Below are positions 56,983-64,000 of a DNA stretch of 64,000 nt, piece by piece. The stretch covers positions 1-64,000 of the IMG/VR virus record IMGVR_UViG_3300037067_011569; one strand, written 5' to 3'. The notes under the pieces were generated by a model. It saw only the letters and a list, made by a program, of their open reading frames with translations, was not told the DNA's origin and did no database searches. The translations under genes and the position numbers were made by a program. Every line of letters begins with the position of its first letter. Position 1 is the first letter of the stretch. This DNA is from a virus (Duplodnaviria; Caudoviricetes).

Positions 56983-57080
56983 TAGATAGGTGAGAATCAG
57001 TATGATTTAAAGGATTATACTGATTCTCTTGTATCTACAAAAAGTAGGAATAAACAAAAACAAGAGAGGAGAGAGAAAAA

Positions 57081-57311
57081 ATGGTTGAAATCTCAAAAGA
57101 AAATGAAAGAGGTGGATTACGTCTTTATCGTAATGTTGGTGACAGAAAAAAAGGGATGAGGTGGGCAATTAAACGAGGATACAATTACTTTGTTGGATTT
57201 AAAGATTGCAATCACACACATCCTGCTGGACTATCTTACGGAAAAGCTGATTGGGTAGCAGAAGGTAAAATTTACGAAAAAGACGTTCTGGTTAACAGAA
57301 TAATCCACTAG
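57081..57311 (+). CDS. hypothetical protein
   Basis: Leader motif. Confidence 0.75.
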   Translation: MVEISKENERGGLRLYRNVGDRKKGMRWAIKRGYNYFVGFKDCNHTHPAGLSYGKADWVAEGKIYEKDVLVNRIIH

Positions 57312-57321
57312 GAGAAAAACA

Positions 57322-57462
57322 ATGGAAACATACTATGCAGTACATTGGACTCATGGTGTAGCAATGTTGGTAGGATTCGGATTGGGGGCAGCAGTTTTTA
57401 CTGCCATGTATGCAAATCTGATGTTTAAGGTGAAAAGAACTTTGGAGAGAAAACAACAGTAG
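57322..57462 (+). CDS. small membrane protein (46 aa)
   Basis: AGGAG RBS; one TM helix; manual translation. Confidence 0.6.
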   Translation: METYYAVHWTHGVAMLVGFGLGAAVFTAMYANLMFKVKRTLERKQQ

Positions 57463-57559
57463 ATTAGCAAAACGTCAAGGATTAGGAGAAATTCTAATTT
57501 TTGACTTGTGCTAGTGTACTAATGGAAGTTAATTCTAAACAAGAGAAAAGGAGAAAAAA

Positions 57560-58261
57560 ATGGAAAATGAAGAGAGAATTACTATGGCTGTGGATCTTCT
57601 GAATCAAGGTGTGGCAGAGGATGAAATTGTAAAAAGGCTTAGGTTTGCTCACAAAGTCAAAGTCAAAGAAGCTTCTGCAATTCTTCTCCAGGCGATGGAA
57701 AGAACTAGGACTGCAACTAAACAAGTGACAGGAGATCCTGAACCAACAAAAGAAGAAAGCACAGAAATTATTGCCCATACTGAAAACTCAAATACTTCTG
57801 AGGAGAAAGTGGAAGAGTTGAGTGAGGTAGAAAAAGCAAAACAATGGGCAGGTGAGGGAAATGACATGCCATGCTCAGTGTACGGTGAGCAAGACTTGTC
57901 AGACCCTGGATGTGATGCTTGCAAACGTGACTGTCCAGTAACCTTTGCTTTCTGTTCCGTGTTGTCTAACAAGCCGAAAACAGTGAAGAAAGTAGCTTCG
58001 ACAACAGGGGATAAAACGTCGAGAAAAAGAGTCAAAGGTGCTGGGTATGAGAAGGTCAAGTACATAGAAGGCTTGATCACTGAAGGGACACATACCCAGA
58101 AGGAGATTGTTGCTCTTGCGATGGAACAATATCCTGAAGTTAAGAGAATCACTATTACTACCTACATTAGTGATTCTAAGAACCCATCTGAGAAATATGG
58201 GTATGCAAGGCATGGATTCAGTTCACTTGCAAAGGTGACTGATGGGAAACTTCATTACTAG
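57560..58261 (+). CDS. multi-domain putative DNA-binding protein (HTH-like N-terminus, Cys cluster, conserved C-domain)
   Basis: Leader motif; C..CDAC..C..C; C-domain paralogous to 54930-55391. Confidence 0.8.
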   Translation: MENEERITMAVDLLNQGVAEDEIVKRLRFAHKVKVKEASAILLQAMERTRTATKQVTGDPEPTKEESTEIIAHTENSNTSEEKVEELSEVEKAKQWAGEGNDMPCSVYGEQDLSDPGCDACKRDCPVTFAFCSVLSNKPKTVKKVASTTGDKTSRKRVKGAGYEKVKYIEGLITEGTHTQKEIVALAMEQYPEVKRITITTYISDSKNPSEKYGYARHGFSSLAKVTDGKLHY

Positions 58262-58270
58262 GAGGAAGTG

Positions 58271-58435
58271 ATGGATATAACTAGAAAATCACTTACCGAA
58301 GTTGACATGCTATTTGGAGAAGGAAAGATTACAAGAAAAGAAGCGGAAGAATATGTTGCGATGTGGAATGCAGTGGCACATTTCACTGTTGCAAAGGTTG
58401 AATATAATTACATCTCCAATAGGTTGAATGATTAG
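58271..58435 (+). CDS. hypothetical protein (54 aa)
   Basis: GGAGG RBS; manual translation. Confidence 0.6.
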   Translation: MDITRKSLTEVDMLFGEGKITRKEAEEYVAMWNAVAHFTVAKVEYNYISNRLND

Positions 58436-58523
58436 TTAGAAGGTTGATGCTATGCTAAATGGCATAGCATCTTCCTTGTAGCTAACCATAAACCAACACA
58501 ACACAAGAGGGAAGGGAGAAAAA

Positions 58524-59288
58524 ATGAACGAAAGATTAAATCCAGAAGAACACAATAAAATGGTAGACAAACTCCAAAAACTGCTTGCTCTTGCAACATC
58601 TCCGAATGAGAATGAGGCAAGATTGGCAATGGACAAAGCAGCGGAATTGATGGAGAAATATTCTCTGTCAATGGCTGATGTAAATGAGAACGGAAATTCA
58701 AAACCTGACCATATCAGGGAGCAAATGACAAGAGAAGATATTCCTGGACTTGGAAGTAGAAAAGTAAACTGGGAAAGTCTTCTTGCCAATTCGATTGCAA
58801 TGGCATTTGACGCAAAACTTGTAACAATGCCATATGCAACTTGGAAAGACGGAGAAAAAAGAGATTGGTCTTTGTCTTTCTTAGGATTTAAAGCTGATGT
58901 GGAGATGGCAATATGGTTGCATCTTTATATCAGAAGAAGCATTAGCAGGCTGAGTAGTAAAGGATACAAAGATATTAATGGCAGAAATAACTTTGCTCAT
59001 GGCATGGTTTCTTCTGTTCATGGCAGATTGCAAGAAATGTACAAGAGGAGAAATGAAATCTCCGATTGTAAGGCATTGGTTGTTGTAAAAACCGATGCGG
59101 TAAAGAAATTTACCACAGAGCATTTTCCTAGCCTGAAGAAAGGTACAAGAACTCAGATTACCGGTGATAGAAGTGCTTACTACAATGGGATAGAAGAAGG
59201 AAAGAAGTTGAATCTTTCTCGTCCGTTGAATGGAAGTGGTTCTTCTGGCAGAAGTGCTATTGACAGTGGACAGAAAAAACTGACATAA
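58524..59288 (+). CDS. DUF2786-domain protein
   Basis: DKLQKLLALATSPNENEARLAMDKAAELMEKY. Confidence 0.85.
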   Translation: MNERLNPEEHNKMVDKLQKLLALATSPNENEARLAMDKAAELMEKYSLSMADVNENGNSKPDHIREQMTREDIPGLGSRKVNWESLLANSIAMAFDAKLVTMPYATWKDGEKRDWSLSFLGFKADVEMAIWLHLYIRRSISRLSSKGYKDINGRNNFAHGMVSSVHGRLQEMYKRRNEISDCKALVVVKTDAVKKFTTEHFPSLKKGTRTQITGDRSAYYNGIEEGKKLNLSRPLNGSGSSGRSAIDSGQKKLT

Positions 59289-59378
59289 TTATTGGGTGTG
59301 GCACTATCCAAACAATAGTGTCATTCCTTGTAATTGTGTAACATAACCAAAACCAAACAAGAGAAAAGGAGAAAAAAA

Positions 59379-60248
59379 ATGGAAGAATCAAGATTAAAAG
59401 AAATCCTGAAGAAACATTTACTTTGGTTAAATGATGAAGAAGATGGGGAAAAAGCAGACTTGCATAGTGCAGACTTGTGTGATGCAAACTTGTATGGTGC
59501 AGACTTGCGTGGTGCAGACTTGTGTGGTGCAACCTTGCATGGTGCAGACTTGCGTGGTGCAAACTTGCATAGTGCAAACTTGTGTGATGCAGACTTGCAT
59601 GGTGAAGACTTGCGTGGTGCAGACTTGCGTGGTGCAGACTTGTGTGGTGCAGACTTGCGTGGTGCAAACTTGCATAGTGCAAACTTGTGTGATGCAAACT
59701 TGCATGGTGCAGACTTGCGTGGTGCAGACTTGTGTGGTGCAAACTTGCATAGTGCAAACTTGTGTGGTGCAGACTTGTGTGGTGCAGACTTGCGTGGTGC
59801 AGACTTGTGTGGTGCAAACTTGCATAGTGCAGACTTGCGTGGTGCAAACTTGCATAGTGCAAACTTGTGTGATGCAAACGGAATAAATAAATATCTAATA
59901 ACCCCTCTTCTATTGTTATTAGATCAGCCGGGAAAGATTATTGCCTACAAAATAGTCAATGCTAAGAACACAGGAATTTATTTCCCTGGCATTTACTACA
60001 AAATAGGAGAAACATTTGAAGAAAAAAATGCAAATTGTTACGAAAATGAACAATGTGGTTCAGGCATATCACTGGCTACTCTTGATTGGTGCATAAAAGA
60101 ATGGAAACCAGGAAGAAAAATACTCATGGCTGAGTTTGAAGCAAAAGACATTGCTGCAATACCAATTGGAACTGATGGAAAATTCAGGGTGTTCCGATGT
60201 AAAATTGTAGGAGAAAAAGACTTAAAATCAATCGGACTTATCGACTAA
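59379..60248 (+). CDS. pentapeptide-repeat protein with C-terminal phage domain
   Basis: ~28 A(D/N)LxG/S repeats; C-terminal IIAYK..YKIGE..CGSGI..KFRV. Confidence 0.92.
   Translation: MEESRLKEILKKHLLWLNDEEDGEKADLHSADLCDANLYGADLRGADLCGATLHGADLRGANLHSANLCDADLHGEDLRGADLRGADLCGADLRGANLHSANLCDANLHGADLRGADLCGANLHSANLCGADLCGADLRGADLCGANLHSADLRGANLHSANLCDANGINKYLITPLLLLLDQPGKIIAYKIVNAKNTGIYFPGIYYKIGETFEEKNANCYENEQCGSGISLATLDWCIKEWKPGRKILMAEFEAKDIAAIPIGTDGKFRVFRCKIVGEKDLKSIGLID
59454..59879 (+). repeat. 15-bp tandem repeat (GCA(G/A)ACTTG(C/T)(A/G)T(G/A)GT-like) encoding pentapeptides
   Basis: Visible periodicity. Confidence 0.95.
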
Positions 60249-60343
60249 CTTAGAAGGTTGGTGCTATGCTAAATGGTATAGCATCTTCCTTGTATGTTAG
60301 TAGGTAGAAATTAATCCAAACAAGAGAGAGGGGAGAAAAAAAA

Positions 60344-61216
60344 ATGGAAACAGGAACTGTGGCTTATCTGAATGAGGCAAAGGCGCTTTGTGGGGAACTT
60401 TTTCCTGATCGTGTGTTCCCTAATGTGGGTCGTTCACCTGTATGGTTTGGAAGAAGAGACAAGGTGTTGGCAGAAGGAAGAAAAGCTATTGTGGATTTCA
60501 ATAATGATAATCTCTTTGCAATCGCCAGTAATGAGTACAAACTGGTAAGGCATGAAGAGATTGTGAAGCAAGTCCACGATGCTTGTCTCGAAATTCCTGA
60601 GTATGGTATACCTGAAATGAAAATATCTTTACCGTATTCTGGAGCAAAGATGATTCTCGATGTGAAGTTTCCAGAAATGATGAAAGACATAAAGGTGGGT
60701 GACACAATCGTTCCAAAGATTAGTGTCCGTTCGTCTTATGATCTGCAATGGAAGCTTCGTAGTGACGGTGGATTGTACAGAGTGATATGTTCGAACGGAG
60801 CGATGGCTCCAGTGAAAGGAAAAGCATATTCCTACATAAACCGACATGTATCAAGTCTTGATCTGAACCTGATGATCGACACGATTAAAGAAGGTCTCAT
60901 TCTTTTCAGTGAACAAAGTGAGTTGTGGAAGAAATGGGCTGAGGCGAAAATTTCTAATGAGGTGTATTCTGAAATTTGGGAAGCACTTCCGTTCAGTCCG
61001 GCAGAAAAAGGGAAGATGGAAGAACTTCCCGAAACTGGCAGCAAGTTATTTCTTCCTGCTGCACTGCAAAGAGAGGAACTGACATTGTGGGATATGCATT
61101 CTGTGGTGACACAGTTTGTAACCCACAACATTGAAAGTGAAAACAGGAAGGCTGATCTTGAACCACAAGTGGCAAAAGTATTTGACAATGTATACTGGAA
61201 CAGGATGAACAACTAA
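60344..61216 (+). CDS. DUF932/DUF945-family protein
   Basis: IASNEYKLVRHEE, SYD...GGLYRVICSNG..H, TLWDMHS.VTQ. Confidence 0.85.
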   Translation: METGTVAYLNEAKALCGELFPDRVFPNVGRSPVWFGRRDKVLAEGRKAIVDFNNDNLFAIASNEYKLVRHEEIVKQVHDACLEIPEYGIPEMKISLPYSGAKMILDVKFPEMMKDIKVGDTIVPKISVRSSYDLQWKLRSDGGLYRVICSNGAMAPVKGKAYSYINRHVSSLDLNLMIDTIKEGLILFSEQSELWKKWAEAKISNEVYSEIWEALPFSPAEKGKMEELPETGSKLFLPAALQREELTLWDMHSVVTQFVTHNIESENRKADLEPQVAKVFDNVYWNRMNN

Positions 61217-61235
61217 CAAGAGAGAAGGAGAAAAA

Positions 61236-61424
61236 ATGAAAGAACACAAACTGATGGTGGTGGATTACAATGTACTTCCTAAAATATCACTTTACAAATG
61301 TGATAAGGAAGAAAATGTGAATTGGAAAGAAGAGGCAGCAGAGGCGTACTTTGAGTTTTTTAATACTTGTGTTCCTTGTGGAGTAATAGATATACTGGAA
61401 AAAATGTTTATAAATAACAGGTGA
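61236..61424 (+). CDS. hypothetical protein (paralog of 61512-61724)
   Basis: AAE.Y..FF..CVP.G.IDIL shared. Confidence 0.75.
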   Translation: MKEHKLMVVDYNVLPKISLYKCDKEENVNWKEEAAEAYFEFFNTCVPCGVIDILEKMFINNR

Positions 61425-61511
61425 CATAGTTATTGGGTTGTGCACAGTTGAAAGACTGTGCACTTCCTTGTACCTGTGTAACATAACCCAAACAAGAGAG
61501 AAGGAGAAAAA

Positions 61512-61724
61512 ATGAAAACAATTAAGTTCAAATTGGCTGTAAGCCCAAGAACCCACACAGAAAAAGGTGTTTATGATTTATTTACACCAGAAGTTGAAGG
61601 ATATGTATTTAACAGGGATAATCATAGTATGGAATATGCGGCAGAGGAATACCTTCAGTTTTTTTACGAATGTGTTCCTGTTGGTATTATTGACATTCTG
61701 AAAAGAAAAATGAAATCACTCTAA
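61512..61724 (+). CDS. hypothetical protein (paralog of 61236-61424)
   Basis: Leader motif; shared C-terminal motif. Confidence 0.75.
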   Translation: MKTIKFKLAVSPRTHTEKGVYDLFTPEVEGYVFNRDNHSMEYAAEEYLQFFYECVPVGIIDILKRKMKSL

Positions 61725-61755
61725 ACCATCCAAACAAGAGAAAAGGAGAAAAACA

Positions 61756-62199
61756 ATGGGACTCGACATGTATCTTTATGGCAAGAAGTATTTTTCTTCC
61801 TTTAATGAGGAGAAAAAAGCACAAGCAGATAGAATCGGTGAAATACTTAATATTCCTGCGGATCTGGAGGTTAAAGAGATATCTGTAGAATTCGGATATT
61901 GGAGAAAAGCAAATCACATTCACAATTGGTTTGTTAACAATATCCAAAAAGGCACTGATAATTGCGGGACTTACTATGTATCTCCTGAACAACTCCAAGA
62001 ACTCCACAAAGCTTGTAAAGAGGTGTTGGAAAATAAAAACTCTGCAAAAAATATACTTCCTACTGCATCCGGGTTCTTCTTTGGAAACACAAGTTATGAC
62101 GATTGTTATTTTGGTGACTGTGAGCATACTATAAAGATAATTGACAGGTGTCTCCAACACAAAGGAGATTTTTACTTTTCATACCATAGTTCATGGTAA
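61756..62199 (+). CDS. conserved phage hypothetical protein
   Basis: MGLDMYL...YWRKANHIHNWF...SGFFFG. Confidence 0.8.
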   Translation: MGLDMYLYGKKYFSSFNEEKKAQADRIGEILNIPADLEVKEISVEFGYWRKANHIHNWFVNNIQKGTDNCGTYYVSPEQLQELHKACKEVLENKNSAKNILPTASGFFFGNTSYDDCYFGDCEHTIKIIDRCLQHKGDFYFSYHSSW

Positions 62200-62286
62200 C
62201 TAAGTTAGATGAATGCCTTCTCGTAAGAAGGCATTCTTGTACCTTAGTAACCAACAACAACCCAAACAAGAGAGAAGGAGAAAAAA

Positions 62287-62751
62287 ATGAGAGACAACAT
62301 GACTATCCTTGATGGCTGGAAAGACTTGGAGCAGTATGGAATTTCTTTTCTGACAGGTGAGGCAGATGCCTATTCGTTGAGGGCTTTATGCTCCCTCAAC
62401 GAAGATGGAGTAAAACTGATGGAATCTTTTCTGTCAGTAAAGGTGAACAAAGATCCTTGGAGCAACTACAAAATTAATGGAAAAGAAACTGTTGCTTCTA
62501 TAATGATTCCCTATTCTATCTACCGAGACCTTGCAACATTCTGTTTATTCCATGTTGACAATTTTCAAGAGGTTGTAATAAACGACATGTGGATAGGTGG
62601 ATGCACCAAAGAACACCTTGACCACTATGCAGAGAAGTACAAAGAATACTATCCGAATACGAAGTTCAAGCACAATTTCGGGTATAAGGCTGATCCAAGT
62701 ATTTCTCGCAATGGTAGAAACGTCCACCAAATGTCAGGGAGGGTAGAATGA
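62287..62751 (+). CDS. hypothetical protein
   Basis: Leader motif. Confidence 0.8.
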   Translation: MRDNMTILDGWKDLEQYGISFLTGEADAYSLRALCSLNEDGVKLMESFLSVKVNKDPWSNYKINGKETVASIMIPYSIYRDLATFCLFHVDNFQEVVINDMWIGGCTKEHLDHYAEKYKEYYPNTKFKHNFGYKADPSISRNGRNVHQMSGRVE

Positions 62752-62879
62752 GCCCTGTAATAGTTGATGGAAGTGTTCTTATGGCAGTAATATTCCTTAT
62801 GATTGCTTCATTTGGGGTAGGTTACTTTCACGGAAAGAATGTTGCTAATTATCACAACAGAAACAAATGGCGTAGGTAG
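62748..62879 (+). CDS. small membrane protein (43 aa)
   Basis: ATGA overlap, GGGAGGG RBS, one TM. Confidence 0.55.
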   Translation: MSPVIVDGSVLMAVIFLMIASFGVGYFHGKNVANYHNRNKWRR

Positions 62880-62961
62880 TATCACAAAGGCTATGATGTT
62901 AAGTTCATAGCCTTTGATGGTAATATCTGCAACAAACAACACAAAGAGAAGGAGAGAAAAA

Positions 62962-63291
62962 ATGCCAACAGGTTCAATATTTAATTGGTTCGACATGAGC
63001 AAAGAGGAAAAAGAAGAAAGAAACAAAATGGATTATTTTACTATTATTAACCTTATAAAAATAGATGGTGAATGCAAAAGGACATCATCTGGAGAATTTC
63101 AAAAAGTTGATATTATTGCGGCAGTAGGATGCAATGGAATAGAACATGCAGTAGAAATAACAGAGGAATATTATGTTGATAATGAAATAGTCCATGCTAG
63201 AATTATTTCAAATTCAAGGATAGGAAAGTGTACTTGTAAAAAAGATAAAAATTATGGATTTTTTGGCATTGAAAGAGAAGGAGAAAAATGA
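62962..63291 (+). CDS. hypothetical protein
   Basis: Leader motif. Confidence 0.7.
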   Translation: MPTGSIFNWFDMSKEEKEERNKMDYFTIINLIKIDGECKRTSSGEFQKVDIIAAVGCNGIEHAVEITEEYYVDNEIVHARIISNSRIGKCTCKKDKNYGFFGIEREGEK

Positions 63292-63497
63292 CAAAGGACT
63301 TGGAACAAACATTCTGGGAAAAGTTAAAAGAAGGAGACGAGATATATATTATCGACGTTTCCGCGAGGAACTCCGACTACTATTCTGGTCCCCATAAAGT
63401 TGTTAATCCCGAACTCCGTACGTTAGCAGAATATGGTGACGGAAAAATGTTTATTACCTTTACCTCCCTTTTGTTTAGGGAAAAGGAGATAGGATGA
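63288..63497 (+). CDS. hypothetical protein
   Basis: AAGGAG RBS. Confidence 0.65.
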   Translation: MTKDLEQTFWEKLKEGDEIYIIDVSARNSDYYSGPHKVVNPELRTLAEYGDGKMFITFTSLLFREKEIG

Positions 63498-63745
63498 AAG
63501 CAATTAGAACAAGGTTTCTTGGACCTTCTTATGCAAGAGGGAGTAGAATAAAAGCTTCCATAGATGATGGTGACAGAAAAGAACAAATCACTATCGGACT
63601 TGAAACTGCACAAGAACTTAGTGTAAACCAACACTGGGATGATGTACACAAAACAGTTGCCAAAGAACTTGCAAAAGTGATGAAATGGGAAGGTGAAATT
63701 GTTGGGGGTGTTTACAAAAATGATTACTACTGGGTGTTTGTATAG
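63494..63745 (+). CDS. conserved phage hypothetical protein
   Basis: KAIRTRFLGP..RGSRIKA motif. Confidence 0.7.
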   Translation: MKAIRTRFLGPSYARGSRIKASIDDGDRKEQITIGLETAQELSVNQHWDDVHKTVAKELAKVMKWEGEIVGGVYKNDYYWVFV

Positions 63746-63754
63746 GAGGAGTAA

Positions 63755-63925
63755 ATGTTTACTTTGAAATTCATTGATGGAACACCTGTTCCAAAAAGCT
63801 ACACGGAAGAATTGAACAAAATGATTTCCGATGCTTGTATAGCGGAGGAATTGTTTGAATTGGACGAACTTGAACTTTATGCAAGGAGCTATAATGATCC
63901 GAGAAAAGTTCTCCATCAAGATTGA
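63755..63925 (+). CDS. hypothetical protein (56 aa)
   Basis: AGGAGG RBS; manual translation. Confidence 0.5.
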   Translation: MFTLKFIDGTPVPKSYTEELNKMISDACIAEELFELDELELYARSYNDPRKVLHQD

Positions 63926-64000
63926 GAAACAAGAAGGCACCAGAAGTTTTCAGAGAAAAGTCGAAGGGACTTTCTACTCAATTGGAATAAGCACCAACGG

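Larger units (their letters stand above)
55710..62964 (+). promoter_or_regulatory. family of ~14 purine-rich leaders (ACAAGAGAGAAGGAGAAAAAA-ATG), most preceded by long hairpins ending in CTTGT
   Basis: Upstream of ATGs 55735, 55976, 56390, 56728, 57081, 57560, 58524, 59379, 60344, 61236, 61512, 61756, 62287, 62962. Confidence 0.85.

Noticed and set aside
59454-59879. Tandem repeats as a CRISPR array or DGR template
   Set aside because: No unique spacers, it is coding in frame, and no cas or reverse-transcriptase gene is in the window.
59257-59886. ORFs reading HHTSL.../QVCTT.../VQTC... in other frames
   Set aside because: Shadow frames of the 15-bp pentapeptide repeat; only the A(D/N)LxG frame has a leader and flanking domains.
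1-64000. Genome-wide TAG or TGA reassignment
   Set aside because: Conserved genes end properly at TAG (recA, both paralogs) and TGA; coding density is normal under code 11.

Overview
Part of a large (~35% GC) tailed dsDNA phage genome with siphovirus architecture; the host is probably Gram-negative, and possibly an anaerobe (inference from a lipoprotein, a GT9-type domain and a B12 radical SAM gene). Layout: (1) 1-10 kb, + strand recombination/repair module with a tRNA-shaped RNA carrying a ~70-nt variable arm, RecA, a GC-rich cassette of small shuffled ORFs, 5'-3' exonuclease, RuvC, SbcD and an SbcC split into separate N- and C-terminal genes. (2) 10-50 kb, - strand virion operon: terS, terL, portal, S49 protease/scaffold, decoration, major capsid, connectors, an ~11.4-kb glycosyltransferase/methyltransferase/B12-radical-SAM island mixed with lysis genes, tail tube, -1 frameshifted chaperone, tape measure, tail tip, tail fibre and three signal-peptide proteins. 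(3) 50-64 kb, + strand small early-type genes preceded by a family of hairpin + purine-rich leader elements. The most striking signal is a sharply bounded ~3.1-kb zone (~52.4-55.5 kb) almost free of GG/CC dinucleotides. Its genes are nearly devoid of Gly/Pro/Trp, lack GGAG ribosome-binding sites, and include a GG/CC-purged paralog of a normal gene 2.6 kb downstream. This suggests a first-injected leading region under strong sequence-motif selection. No DNA polymerase, integrase, CRISPR array or reverse transcriptase is visible in the window.
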